64,000 bases of DNA, taken from NCBI GenBank assembly GCA_002104905.1, contig MCFE01000336.1, positions 1 to 64,000 on the forward strand. The letters are read 5' to 3'. The stretch comes from Basidiobolus meristosporus CBS 931.73 (lineage: Eukaryota; Fungi; Basidiobolomycota). The notes under the pieces were generated by a model. The model was given only the letters and a program-made list of their open reading frames with translations. It had not been told where the DNA came from and did not search any database. Positions 48,071 to 61,217 of the stretch are shown here, piece by piece. The first letter of the stretch is position 1. Each line of letters begins with the position of its first letter. The position numbers and the translations under genes are program-made.

Positions 48071-49929
48071 AAGATTTCAATTTTAAGCCTCTATCTGTTC
48101 AGCATATTATCTGTGGTAGTCCATTTAAAGTATTGTCCATAAAGCTTTAGTTGACACAAGCCTTATGATTCCTAGACCTCTCCATACCCCCAAGTTTTGC
48201 CTACATGCTCCAGCAACCTATTCAAGTTTACCTAACATGCTTGCTTTGACCTAGCCTTAGTATATATATTGTATCTTTGCATTTATAGAGATTGCACAAA
48301 AATATAAGTACTGTATGTCAATTCAACAAATCTTCAAGTGAGAAACCACACTTTCCTACAAATATTCCAAATTGCTTTGTATTGGACACAGTTTCCTTCA
48401 GCATTGAGAGTGAGCAACACTGTTAATTAGGAGCTAAACAGCATATTTAGTGCATTTTCATAGCATGTAGTTCCATCCGTTGCAAAATACTAGAGCATAA
48501 ATCAGAAAATTGGTGAGTTTGTCTAGAGGATCTGCAAAGCATCTCACAATAGACCTAGGTTCCATATTGTTAGCAAAGAATATCTGAATAAATTTTGAGA
48601 CCCAATAGAAACTAGCCAAGAGTATCCTGTTGACACTCATCATTGCTTAGTGAAATCTCATGAAACCAAGCAGTTTCTGGTTTACAACATCTGTGGAGTT
48701 TCTGGGCCCTTATAACTGATGGGGATTTCATCAGGATGCACGTATTTGGCTTCAAGAGCCTGCATCATCTTCTAGCGTGTCACCAAAGAAAAGAAGATCA
48801 TGTGTGGCTGACAACTGTCATTTCCACTTGTTGGGTCACAAACAGCACTACAAGCTGAAATACCAACGTCTTATGATAGCGGGACAGATGCTGGGAAAGC
48901 GTATCCACAACGCTTATGAACACACAGCTCATGCGCATACTAAACGTCGTTGCAAACCCCGTATGAAACCTGCTTTCAGATCCGAGGCCACATGCGACAA
49001 GACCTGCTGACTCTTAACGAGACTACTAAGACTCCCTCATCTTGGATCCAATAATATTTCCATTGCACATGCTGTTTGGTTTCTAAATCAGAATAAATAC
49101 CAATTTCAAGGGGCTGGCATTTGAAACAGAAATTCACGGCTCCCGAAACGGCATCTGATCATTCTCTATGGCCTTGATCCAAGCGCACTTTATGGCGGTT
49201 GCCGAATGTAACGTACAGCACTGTAGAGAAGCGACCATATTGACCATCTGAGTGTATCAAGTGACACCCAACATGAAATGGAGCCTGGGGAGTTGCCACG
49301 ACTGGTGGTTTTAATATGGATTAATACAGCTCCTGAAATCAACATCACGCTTGCATCACTCTTATCGCGATATCTTTATTATCACCCAATCTCCGCAGAA
49401 AGGAGGTTTCCCCGGACTACGGCCGATCAGGTTGAAGTCAAATGGTGCCCCGATTTTCGGATACACTATACATCACAATTACCCCTAATGGAAACCCACA
49501 TCTGTTTTATAGGCAATGTAACGATTGAGTTGTAAAGCTATAGGATACAGCAGACCAATCTTAACATGCAGGGTGTTGCATGCTGTGCACTCTCTGAGGC
49601 AGTGTTAAGGTCTCTTGGGGCTTCCATCCGCTGCCCGCTGCTGCCATGGCCCTGGTAGGCACTAGGGTGTTCACGCACCTATTAGGTTGGGAAAGAGATC
49701 GACAGCCAGGCTTATCTCTCAATCAATAGGTGACCACGTGCGCGCTTGTGACGTGCGAACAACATCTGATATTAGCTGAAAACCCCTTGAATATTGGACA
49801 GTATCTACCAGTAGTATTAATTTACAGATTTACAGATAGGCTTGTTTCACCAACGGATACTAGATGACTCGAAGTGTTTTCTGAATCAACAAACTAGTGT
49901 ATGCGATAGGGATCGATGGGGAATACTGA

Positions 49930-51102
49930 CTAAACATAGAGCTCATTGGGATACTCCCGGCTTAGCGGTAATGGATAATGGCTCCGGAGGGCGAAATTCT
50001 CCACCTCCTGGCCAGTCATTGGATAGTGGCGACTAACGAAGTGATTGATAATGTCTGCCATGTCATTGACTAATTTGTTCCGGATCTCCATACTTCCGCG
50101 GCGCAGATGAGCAGGCAGCTCAATCTGTACGCCATCAATGCTAAGACTAGTGTGACGCTGCAAACAGTATCCTCCGCGATAGTATTGACCCCCATTAGGC
50201 GAAGGTATTGATGGAGAAGGCACCGTTTTGTAGGCCTTGCGCTCGAATAGCCCGCCTAACGAGTTGGGGCCTCGGATCAGGTCCAGAAAGTGGTTTCTAC
50301 GCCCACTGAGACCGCGTAGGCTGCTACTTTGGCTGACAGTGCCGCTGGCTGAGTGCTCATTGAGCCTATCAAGGTCTGACGCATGAACAAGGTAGCCTAA
50401 CTCAATCCATTTTTCTGGATGCTTCTGACCATGTAGGTCGATGTATAGACCCCTCCCAAAACTACGCTCCACCTGCTTAGTTGCTATCTCCACGAGACGA
50501 TGGTACTCTAGCCAGGTGTGTGCCGCTTCACTACTTGAAAATGGATACTCATGAATATCTCGGTTCACGTCTACCTTTCTACGGTTAAGGTGGCATACAA
50601 TGAGATGGGGTCTTTTTCCGTAAAGACCAAGCCTCTCGGTCAGGTCTTTGGCAATCTCATGGGTGTTCAGGTCGTTTAGTAGACGCACTCCCGGGAGGCT
50701 TGGTCTATCGGCGACATTCTCTGGCATCAAGAAGCCCCCATGGGGAGCGGCCAAGACAATGGGAGAATTCCCAGGGATGTACTCAACAAACCGATTTGTT
50801 CCGTAGTAGCTCTTGACATTTGGATTGGGTGTGTAGAATGAAGATGTGATCGAATTGGGTTCATTGCTGTACTGTATGTTTGGGATCTCGTCCTTTCGAG
50901 AGGCGGTCAATAATACATAGGAGAGTAGGCGGCCGGCATCTACGTTATTTATATCCACCTTTGGGGAAGGCGTGGATGGAGCCAGCTTGTCCGAGGCAAG
51001 CTTGGGGCCATTTCCGGTATACGTCTGGATGTCCTTCTTCAAGACAAGCCTTGCTAATGAACGGCTTGCGATCCGTGAGGAAACAACTCGGTGAAGATTC
51101 AT
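49930..51102 (-). CDS. N-formylglutamate amidohydrolase (HutG/FGase)-like Zn hydrolase, intronless
   Basis: FVEYIPGNSPIVLAAPHGG, NDLNT, HLNRRKVDVNR, WLEYH, YIDLHGQ, IELGY, YYRGGY, DGVQIELP. First ATG at 51102. Confidence 0.82.
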   Translation of the reverse strand: MNLHRVVSSRIASRSLARLVLKKDIQTYTGNGPKLASDKLAPSTPSPKVDINNVDAGRLLSYVLLTASRKDEIPNIQYSNEPNSITSSFYTPNPNVKSYYGTNRFVEYIPGNSPIVLAAPHGGFLMPENVADRPSLPGVRLLNDLNTHEIAKDLTERLGLYGKRPHLIVCHLNRRKVDVNRDIHEYPFSSSEAAHTWLEYHRLVEIATKQVERSFGRGLYIDLHGQKHPEKWIELGYLVHASDLDRLNEHSASGTVSQSSSLRGLSGRRNHFLDLIRGPNSLGGLFERKAYKTVPSPSIPSPNGGQYYRGGYCLQRHTSLSIDGVQIELPAHLRRGSMEIRNKLVNDMADIINHFVSRHYPMTGQEVENFALRSHYPLPLSREYPNELYV

Positions 51103-53819
51103 GATGATCAACAATTTCCTGGTTAAGCGAAGGGTTTACTATAAGCGGATTATTAAGAACGAATGGAGTGCAGTCCCAAAAGCGGCACGTAAAATTTTTA
51201 CGAAAGGCAAATTCAAGGTTGACTCGGTGGAAAACAATCCCATTAAGTAGCAGTCGATGAGGCAGCTACTGAGGGAGTGTTTCCAATTACGGGGATCGTT
51301 GTGGGATATCCCCTGTATTTGGTTAGGGATCAGTAATAATGCGGTCTGACCAGTATACGATCATGACTCCGGATCACTCAAAGAGGAAACCCTTCGCGAG
51401 GGCCCAAATATAATGGATCACCTATATTTAAGCCAGTTGGCTGGATTTTGTGTACCTGGAACAGGAATGTATATTGAGTTGGTTGGGAGCATTGATGTAA
51501 ACAGAAGTCTCAAAGACCTTGTGTTCGGGGCCATTTACACAATACATTATGAGGCTTGAGTGTTGTCAACCTCCATGCAATTCCTATTTGATCATGTGTG
51601 CGGCCCTTACATGCATCCGTCTTTGCAAAATGGGCTCATGATGACCAGGATTCGCTGGGAAAATCACCATGGCTTTGGGTCCAATGCAGAATAGCAAGCC
51701 CAACAATAATGGAATCTGCCAGGCCTGGGTGGGCGAATGAACGCGACGGAGGTGCCACAGCCTTTGTATTGTCATTGTAACAGAATGTTTTACGTAGCTT
51801 TACGCCTGGATGTGTGCTAATTCACACGTGTGGTGTATTCTCAAACCATCATTATTTATGCATTCCTTCACGGCGCATGCATGGAGCGGGGATGCCAATA
51901 TCTCCTTTCTCTTGTTGCAAAAGTCTAGACGCCCGGCAAAGGCACCACCGCACCTAGTCCCCAGAGGAGCTAGCGAATCCAGCCACAGCCGCCACTCTAA
52001 TCTCCAAACAATTGGAACGGTGTTGATGGCTAATGTCTCCCTTGGCAAGTGGTGACATCATGCTCCACATGCAATGAGCCCATCTGATCCTGTAGGTATC
52101 TCGATTTGGAGTGCGGAGGATATTTTATTTATGAGGCACCTGGATGTCACTTTCGGAAACACAAATGTACCCTCAAGTAGGGCAATATCCGGCTCTGCCA
52201 GCCTGGGAGCTCTTGCCTGTTCAGCTCAGATGGAACATTTAGTATTGGGCGTGTGAGTACCAGGGAGCACATGATACCATGGGGCCCTTTTTAAGTCGAA
52301 TATGGCCCGGATGTTTATAAATCAATATGTATTTAGGCTTGTGATGATATGGCTTAGCCCAAACAGAGCTGCATTTTTGGAAATGCAGTTGCATGGTATA
52401 TCGATGAATTCTTGGGCCATCATTTTCACGGGCAGATTTTCACCTGTGTTATGCGTATCATGGCTGACTACCGAAAAGGTGGATGGTAGCCAAGTGAATG
52501 TGGGTTAGGTGAAATGTGAGATAATTCCCATCACATGTGTCGCTATTATTGGTCCTTGAAATAGCTATAGGGCTATTGAAATCCAGTTCTCTTATCTGTT
52601 GGTGGGGCTACTCATCTGCATAGAACATGTTGTACAAAAACTCATTAATAATCAAAAAGATATTGAGGTTCGTGAACTTTCGAATAAACGGGACCAAAGG
52701 AGAGGTGATACGCAGAGAAGCCAATTTAGAACTCATAGACTCCAGCAGCCGAATGCCCCGAGGCTCGTAATTTGGCTGATTTCAGACAACTAAGCATTCT
52801 CGAGTTCCATGTTACTTGTATTCTAGTAGGTGCTTGTTGCTCGAGATACCAGGTTTGAACACTGAAGCCATCGCAAATATCTAGGTTGCTTCTACATTGT
52901 CATGCTGGCGGGTAGTTCCACAATTGACGGAGAAATAGGTCTGTCTGGACCAAAAAAAGTTGTACAGCTATCACAGAATAGTGCCTGAGTATTCCAACAG
53001 TAGGGCTTCCTCTTACGTTGCGATTTTAATGTTTGATGTTGAAGTGAACTATGGCTAGAGTGTAATCTTGGCAAATAGAGGTGATAGTGTTACCGATGGA
53101 CGTCAAAACTAATTTAAGCTCTAAATATTTTGGAATTTAAGCGTAAATACTGAAAAGTGATATTTATATATGGTTCCAATTCCTTTGAAGATCTAGGATA
53201 TAGTTGGTATTGCGCCATGCTTGTTGATATTCCCCACTTGGTCATTGTCGTGATTTATTCAGACTTCTAGTTCATGTTAAATCATGATATCATAGTAGCT
53301 AGGAACATCCAGAAAACCATTCACACATTTTAAAATCGATGAAGTATTTAACTTCGCATTGTTCATGCCATTTGCTCATCCAGCTCATATCAGCTCTTAT
53401 ACTCTATTCAGCGTCCAACATGTTATGACTTGTCAGAAGTTATCTGCTCAACAGAGAACTGGCCTACAGATCCTTTGGAAGTTTTTTGAGAAAGTTGGAA
53501 TACCCTATATGTCCGGGATAACTGATTGGTATTGGAGAAGTTAAAGTAGGTTGTTTATTCACTAGTAAACCTTGGTCAAAGCAATAATAAGATCGTGCAC
53601 ATTGTTTATGGTCTTATAGATTAGTTTTAATGTTTGGGGATTTCCGGGACTATCAAGCTTATCTATAAGACCACAAGCTAAATACTATGAGAGTATTTCA
53701 GATTGCGGTAGTTAGCTTAAGAAAAGTTTATGCAATGTGTTGTAAGATTTGTATTTACACTCAAATATTTGATGGATTTGGTCACTTAGATCACAGCTTA
53801 TTGGCTTTACTATCTCATG

Positions 53820-54800
53820 CCCAAATTCTTTGATGGGATGTATTTAAAATATTTCCACCAAAATGACAAGTACTCAGAGCCTGAAACCCACACAAAGCTG
53901 CTCAAGAGCCTGAAAGCTTGTGCACATGCTCTTGGCACCTTATCAAGTATGATATATGTCTTTTTCTGTTGCGGATAATCAGGTTACACCTAAACCATTC
54001 ATACTCCTTAAGATTCTATTGAGTTTATTGCTAAACTATGAGTCACTTACTTGAGATTTATATGATACTTGAAATTGGTGAGGGCCTTCCAGTTATCAAC
54101 ATTCTCAGACTCATCCAATAGCCTGCAAACTTTGCATGCAGCTTCCTGTGATCTTTTTTAAGATACCCCTCAGAGTCTTGAAGCATTTTAGTACTGGTAC
54201 AATAAGTCATTAAGTGAGCACCACCTAATCTACTTGTTTTTCCATCACTTCTAGCAACTTCTATACTCCAATATCAGTGCAAATAATTTGAGAGCTAAAC
54301 AAGTAGGTTGTATCTCTATCATGGCTTAAAAGTGGTTGGGTGAACACTGCTATATGCATGAAGAAGATTCACATGCTTTAATCAAGTGTAACATCAGAAG
54401 GTGAATGCTAACCTCAAAGAATAAAGAGTTGCATTTGCATAGCTACTGAGATTCCAGTAGGTAATGTGTATTTTGGACCAATTCAACACTTGACCTTTTA
54501 TCTTTTAGTAAATTTCATAATTACACCTAAAGATTCACCGGACTTAGTTACTTATACCATAGTCTGCAAATCTTAGAGAATTCTGGCCAAATTCCTTGTT
54601 GGGATTTTCATGGAATGTTTTCACCAATACATCAGGTGCCCAGAATATGAAAATTCTCCAAACTGCCCCAGACTTAGCGCACATGTTTTTGGGACCTTCC
54701 AAAATAAGCTTTACACCTTTTGTTTGCCAAGACTATGTAAAAGTATAAATACCACCTTTATGTTCAATAAGTCATTAAGTGAAACCCACATAATCTACTT
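53820..54800 (+). repeat. Further direct copies of the same repeat family (best copy 54518-54800; fragments at about 53820-53945 and 54200-54235)
   Basis: TAATTACACCTAAA at 54518, as at 46704; GCCAAGACTATGTAAAAGT; CAATAAGTCATTAAGTGAAACCCACATAATCTACTT (54765-54800) versus 47522-47557 and 54200-54235. Confidence 0.8.
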
Positions 54801-55655
54801 GTTCACCCAATTACTTCCAGCATCTCCAAAGCTCTTACAACATACTTGGAGTAAAAAACAAAGCAAACTTTTCTAAAAGTAAGAATCTAGAAAAGGCCAT
54901 CAGAATACTATAATAATATCAGCTGAATTCCAAGTTTCTGAAACTGACAACTCTCAACATCTCATGCATTAGCTGTTGGACAGACAAGCCAGGAGGAAAC
55001 TAAGTCAACTAGCATTCATACCAAATTTGGCAATTAGCTGCTCACTACCACCAAAAATTGTAACTGAAAATTTGAATGAAAACACCAGCTGAAAATCAAA
55101 TGAATTCCATGCTTGAGATTTTTCATAAGTAGTGGAAGTATATGCTTTGTGCAAATCAGTATTCTTGCAATTTTCACTAATTCCATATGCAAGGTTGATA
55201 TTGGCTATGTACAACCTTAACATATGAATTATTTAATAGTTTCCAACATATATAATCAAAATCTTCAGCCCACTCATAATGTAAATATCATGAGGACTTA
55301 TATGTATGGCCAATTGTCAGCAACACAAATAGCACACCATATGGCCTTGATTCATGTCCAACATTGAAATTAAGCAATACTTCTCTTTGGCGGAGTATCA
55401 TTTGAAGTTGTGATGAGAAGATTTAGTGGATTATTCCTCCGTATCAAAATAACATATTATAATGATGGATGTAATGGAGGTGGTGATTGTGCAGGCAGCA
55501 TGTCTAACATGTTGATGTTACTATGGATATTCAATGCATGAGCGCAACATCCCTATTTTACTACCCCAAAGAGAATAACATCTAGTTATACTTGTCATTA
55601 TTCTACATACAAGTAGGCAATTTGGGGTCCGATTGGCTGAATGCACTAGGACCTC

Positions 55656-57240
55656 TTATAACGCAGAAGAGTTCGGCATTTTGGATTTTGCCCGGCGACT
55701 ACCGATGAGACTAGCTTTGAGTGATTCTATTGCGGAGATCTAAAGGAGCATGAGTTTAGGGAGCAATTTGTAGTATATTATATTCACTGACCTTCTCAGA
55801 GTCCATAGATGGTTCATTTGATTTCGTCTGGTTGGCTAACAGCAATTGTCAGTGGCTATGCATTAAGAAGGGATAAGGTTTGGCGTACTTGAGTCGACCA
55901 TGTCAATCCCCTGTATTTTTCGAATGTAACTAGCACCAATGCTGTTTTCGTCCCTGAGTTTGTCTCTGAAATTGAAGCAAAGAGTAAGCTGCTATTGGCG
56001 GAAGATAACTCAAATGCAAGTGGAAACCAACATTAATGCTTGGGTGGTTTTTTGCTTCTTGGCACTCTTGCTTTCATCCTCCGGTTTTTGACGACTATCC
56101 CCTAGGACGAGCATGTTTCCATTGTCCAGAATATAAGATTCATCTCGCGCTCCTGTGAAAGCCGCATCCGGTCGCTTTCTTTTCTGAGAGGGTTTTGGCA
56201 CTTCAAAGATGGAGATACTGCGATAAAAGTTTCAGTGACGATGAAGAATGTCCAATCTATTGGCGCATACCATACCCAGTAGCGAACTCCATTCGACTCA
56301 TTCGTTGCTTTCTGTACGACATCAGCAAGTGTGACTCACAGTACTCTCCTAAACGACTGTGTATTCCAAGCTCAATACCATGGTGGTCTTTGGAAGAGGC
56401 AAATACGTACCTATCAATGATGGCATTGCAATTTAAGCCATCTTTCTTGACTGCAACGCAGAGACCAAAATCGATACACTCTCCAATATTCATGAATTTG
56501 TTGGGGTGGTCGACTTGAATGGCAACGCTAGCGTTTCTCTTTGTATAGATGTGAGCAGAGATGCAATCAAACGGTGTATATGAGGCATGCTTACATCAGT
56601 TGGTTTGAGGATTTTTGGATTAAGAATGGCAATCATTGAGCCCAATGGCTCTGCCCAAAGCTTCTCGTATTGTTTGCCAAACATGATCAAACTGATTGTC
56701 GTTTTTAAATCCGATATCTTCACCACATAGTATGGGTCTCCTTTCTTGGTGGTTTTGACGGGTCTCTTTTCTCCTATCACACCAATAGTCACCCAATTCC
56801 CTGGAATATCATCGCGGACCAGGCTCTTTTGTATGCTTGACAACTTTATCATTTGCCGCCCTCGCATTCTTTCATTCATGGTCTCAACGGAGACCTTTCT
56901 GTTCCTAGATTTTGGTTAAGTATAGGAAGCAAACATGTCCAAGAAACCTCGGAATACCGTATACGCAAATTGGAGTAAGGCTCATGCTGCTCTGAAGTTG
57001 GTTGAGGGGGGCGCCAATTTCCACTCCCTTGAATTTGAAGATTTCAGGTGGTAAGCTTTGTGAAGGAGTGAGAAGTAGAACAGAGGAATTTTGGGAACCT
57101 TGCCCTTCCGAGGTCTCAAACTTGCTATCCTTGACAGTATTTTCCGGCTTGCTCGTGTGCTTCCGAAGCCTGGCTGTGAATGCCGACACTCTTTTTTTTG
57201 CAGTTCCCTGACCTGTTCCTTCGATGGTGTTGATTGTCAA
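55656..57240 (-). CDS. MCM10: Mcm10 DNA replication factor, multi-exon (both ends uncertain)
   Basis: EPYSNLRIR|NRKVSVETMNERMRGRQMIKLSSI; DWVTIG-like NWVTIGVIGEK; LIMFGKQYEKLW; AILNPKILKP; zinc finger FGLCVAVKKDGLNCNAIID..EYCESH. The start codon lies upstream of 57240 and was not resolved. Confidence 0.88.
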
Positions 57241-58647
57241 GTCTACAAATTTTCACCGACCAATTGAGTTAATGCGTAATCGATTTCCATGGTCACTAGC
57301 AAAGATAAGCCTGTTGCCTCTGTCTTACGAAGGCTTGGGTTTGCAATCAGCCTTTTTTTGGAAACGTTAAACTGACCTTGTGAGGAATTCATTGTTATGA
57401 AGCGGTGTTTCCCAAAAGCATCCCCCACTATGTAATGTTATCGGATGGTTATCTCGATACCAATGTTTATTTTTTATTGAAGTCAACAACACTGTATCAA
57501 ATGAAAAGCATGGAAATTCAGCCAGACTAGTGCGAACATTCTTTGTTAGCTTATTCCGGAATGCTGGGATCTGCTTGGCTAGGGGCCAAGCTGGAAATAG
57601 ATCAACACTGACTTTGAATAATTTAATACCAAATATATTCATACACATAGTTAAATGGTGGCTCGAACAAGCATACATAGAGCAGGGTCCACACATGTGC
57701 ATACCAAGGACGAGAAGTTCGCGTCTATATCGTTTAGGAAGTTGGCCCTATGTATCTGTTGGACATAAAGCGGAGACGAAAGCCCATCATGCCTTGCTCT
57801 ATAGACAAACTCCCAAAGGAGCGAATTTAAGCCTAACCTGAATTCATGATCAACCGTGTGCACAGTGGCGTGAAAATGAGTGAAAATTCGGAGCGTCACA
57901 CCAGTGAAACCACGGGGCAAAGGGAAAGTGCTCTGCGCCATTCCAAATACGTCACAGGTACAAACTCGGATATGATTTCTGCGAAGATTGATGATGGGGA
58001 GCTAGGCTATCTAGAGATGGCCAATAGGATTGAGCAAAGAAATAGCATGCAGTTTGCTGACCCCTGAATGAGTTCATCATGTTCCACGGAATTCATTTAC
58101 CCTGTCAACAGCCATCAATCTCACTAGCGCTTTCCCTCATTACCACCGAAGTTGCACCTGTGGAATCTCAGATCATCAAGTGCAGAATGATGTCTTGAAT
58201 GATGAGCATTCGCCACTGAATTGTCAACCTGGCCGTCAATAACAAGAAGCTGTATGGTGGATACCACGCCCCAAAACCCATCGATCGAACCAATTGGAGT
58301 CGGGGAGTTTTCAATAATCCGTACTTGTCAACTAATTCGCAGATTAAACTTCATTTTTCCCGAGACTGATACCATATATAGTCTAGGCCATCGAATACAC
58401 TCCTGTAGTGAGGAGGCTAACCCGTAAGATGCCTTCTAAATGGCAAGCTTTGGGGTGCCATTCAGGGTCGCCACTGCAGCGCGTACCGCACAGGATCGTA
58501 TTTGATGTATCAACGGGATTTATTGAACGTTTCGTTTGTACAATGGGTATTTACACAAGAATTAAGGTAATAACAAATACTGTTCCAATTATGAGGTGTT
58601 GATGCTATGAATGGTATAATCCTATATGATGGCTGGTGAGTAAGGCT

Positions 58648-59740
58648 CTAGGGTTCCACCGATATTTGTTGTTCGTAGGATGGTGGCGGAGGGAGCAACG
58701 AGTTCCCAGGCTGGCAGTATATTGCGTAAGGGGGCAGGCATTCGAACACTTCCTGGTTGGAAGCGGGCATAACAACGAAAGGAGCTTCTATTGTGTGCAC
58801 TTCGGTTTGGCTGCCGCGGATGACATCCATGGTTATCCGCAAAACATGGTGAACATTGATGAGATCAGTGGCACAGTCATGATGCACGCTAAGGTTCTCG
58901 TGGATAGGGACCAGGATGTGCTTCTCAATCACTGGGCCAGCACTTGGGCTGGAGATGTCGGTGTTTGAAATGAGCTTGATAAGTTTCGTCTCTGTCTTTG
59001 AGATGCCGTTGTCCCGATCATGATAGGTGGTTAGTTCTTTTAGGGTGAACCGAATATCCTTGATTCTTATGTCTTCATTCGATGTTGACCATACTTTCAG
59101 CAGAGTTGGAACCATATCGCCCACCCCATAGGCACTCATGGGGATAAATAGTTCGTGCCCAAGCTGTTCAGACCAGTTTCCGCTGACAACGATAGGTTCG
59201 ATTTGCTCAAGCGTGTATGGCGAGGAGTATCTTTTGACGATCACCTCCTTCTCCGCATACAGGTCACGTTTAAACAATGGCCTTTCCGCAATGGCTTCCA
59301 GCCTGTATTGGATATCGCCGTTCTCGGTATGAACCGTCTCCGGAAGTGCGCCCGAGAACGGGTAATCATAATAATACGAATGCTCGCCGGCGGGAATAAC
59401 ATGTGGCTCCGACTGTGGTTCCAAAAGGGTCCAAGTAAAATCAATCAGCTCTTTTTTCTTGTGCTGGACCAAAATATGATAACCGTCGGCTAAACAACAA
59501 CGAAGGATCAGTACACGAAGGATGGCGGATCATAAGCGCTACTGTGAGAAACATACACTCCGCCCAAGTGGCCTTGGCTTTACCACGTAGTCGAACAGTC
59601 AGGCTTTTGAATTTACAAGGTTGATCAAGTTTGAGCAATATGCGGCCTCTCAAAACCGAGCCAGCTGAGTCATGTGGGGTTCCGTGCAAAACTAGATAAT
59701 CTTCGGCAAGCCGAATCTCGAAACGAGAGACCTTCACCAT
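58648..59740 (-). CDS. Alpha-arrestin (ART/Rod1-like ubiquitin-ligase adaptor), copy A
   Basis: FEIRLAEDYLVLHG..GSVLRGRILL; IPAGEHSYYYDYPFSGALPETV; IQYRLEAIAERP; PY motifs LPPY and PPSY. One intron after KATWAE. Confidence 0.9.
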
Positions 59741-61217
59741 GCTAATGAGAACAAACTACAGGTGTGCAAGTTGAAAAGTAGTGAATCACTAAAATGAATG
59801 GTTGGAAGAGAAACGGTGAAACAATCGATAAGCATCCTGCTGGTATTTATAACTCACCCCCTCCCCAATGAAAATGAGGGGTAGCTTTTTTGTTGTCGTT
59901 TTCGGATCAGCCATGAAAAATTTTATCGCCGCAAGCGATGGTATTACAAATCTGTCAAAAGAACTGCTTGAAATTGCTTATCCATTTTGATTCCCCTGGA
60001 GGATTATTTCATCGCTACTGGCTCATGATGGCTTTGAAAGATGCCAGCGGTGATGCGCCAGTTCTTGAGGATGATTGGTCGGTCAGGAGTCATTGAATGA
60101 GCGGATTTGGTGTTACCATTTAGGAGGCACGCTGGGGTTGCCTCTCAATTAAAATGCATGCTTTGCTCAACCGTTCGGACCGCGTTTGTGGTTTGGATGG
60201 TTGTTCGCAGTGCACGTTTTAGTTTGTTGCAATTTGCACACGCCATTTCGGCTCTCCTGGACCACCTCAGGGTAGTGGGCGGCCTAACCATTCTTCCATT
60301 CTGGGTATGCATCTGAAACCGTCACAGGAGGGGAGTTAGGAAATGAAAGCTCATAATTTCCAATGTTGATGTATGGGCGGTTGATATGAATGGCTATTCA
60401 TTAATCATTGCCATATTTGGTAATCGAGGAATCACCAAGGCTGGTCCATGAATGTTCTTCAAATATATACTGTTTCAATAGCTGTGTGTAGAGATACGGG
60501 CCTGTTCTCCATATTCTTTTTCATGCTTTCCGTGTTTGTAGTATTGGTATGAATCCAAGCCAGAGTGGGCTTGCACACAGGCTCAGGTGGCTGGAATCCA
60601 ATCGCTACCACTGCTATGCTTTATGCGAGGTACAACAGAGCAGAATCCAATATTGTTCTAAGAATGAACAGCGCTTCTAAAGCCGTCGGTGGGTTGATAA
60701 GTTTGCTGGGATCCTATGTATTAATCTCACACTAGATTATCAGTTGACCACTCCTGATAGAGCCTTGAAACCCAGCCCAAGTATTTGTCACAGACCATGG
60801 CGAACCGTCTGCTTGGAAACTGGCGAATGGTAGCCTCGCATCAGCCCATACCCTGATATTTGTTAGCACAACCATGCTGAACATGCCAAGAGGAATACGG
60901 GGGGGCGATATCACTTTTGAGCGTGCAGACATTGTCTTCACATAGTTCACAACAAGGAAGAACTGGGTTGTGAGAGCTTTGCTTCACGTGTGCAATGTGC
61001 TAAACTAAAGATACAATGATCATATATAACACTAGAAATACGAATTATCCTAAACTTGGTGGGAACGTCTAGTATGGTTCTCCACAAATTGAGTAATTAC
61101 TGCGATAGCTAAACCAGGCAGCGGTCAAAATTGAATTCAACAAATATATGGGCTAAGGTACAGGGTCAGTGGGGGGGGGGTGGGGGTGGTCTCCATAAAC
61201 TCATAGCGTGGCTCACT

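Noticed and set aside
49560-49680. CAGGGTGTT / TAGGGTGTT motifs resembling hAT terminal repeats
   Set aside because: No matching inverted partner or target-site duplication was found in the window.
51500-53100. GC-richer stretch with several 60-80 aa ORFs upstream of the FGase-like gene
   Set aside because: No recognisable protein in any frame.
46704-54800. Reading the repeat family as a pseudogenised leucine-rich-repeat gene or as a CRISPR-like array
   Set aside because: Copies occur in both orientations and form a palindrome, which a single coding repeat would not. There are no short identical repeats with unique spacers and no cas genes.
46337-55390. RIP (repeat-induced point mutation) as the cause of the compositional bias
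   Set aside because: Classical RIP depletes CpA/TpG, whereas here CA and TG are abundant and CG is what is missing. CpG deamination fits better, although this was not quantified.
57300-58600. Possible additional spliced gene between MCM10 and arrestin A
   Set aside because: Some splice-like signals and coding-like peptides are present, but no consistent model or family match. Part may be the MCM10 5' exon(s).
61171-61189. G10-T-G5-T-GG run downstream of arrestin B
   Set aside because: A simple homopolymer tract; nothing supports a functional G-quadruplex.
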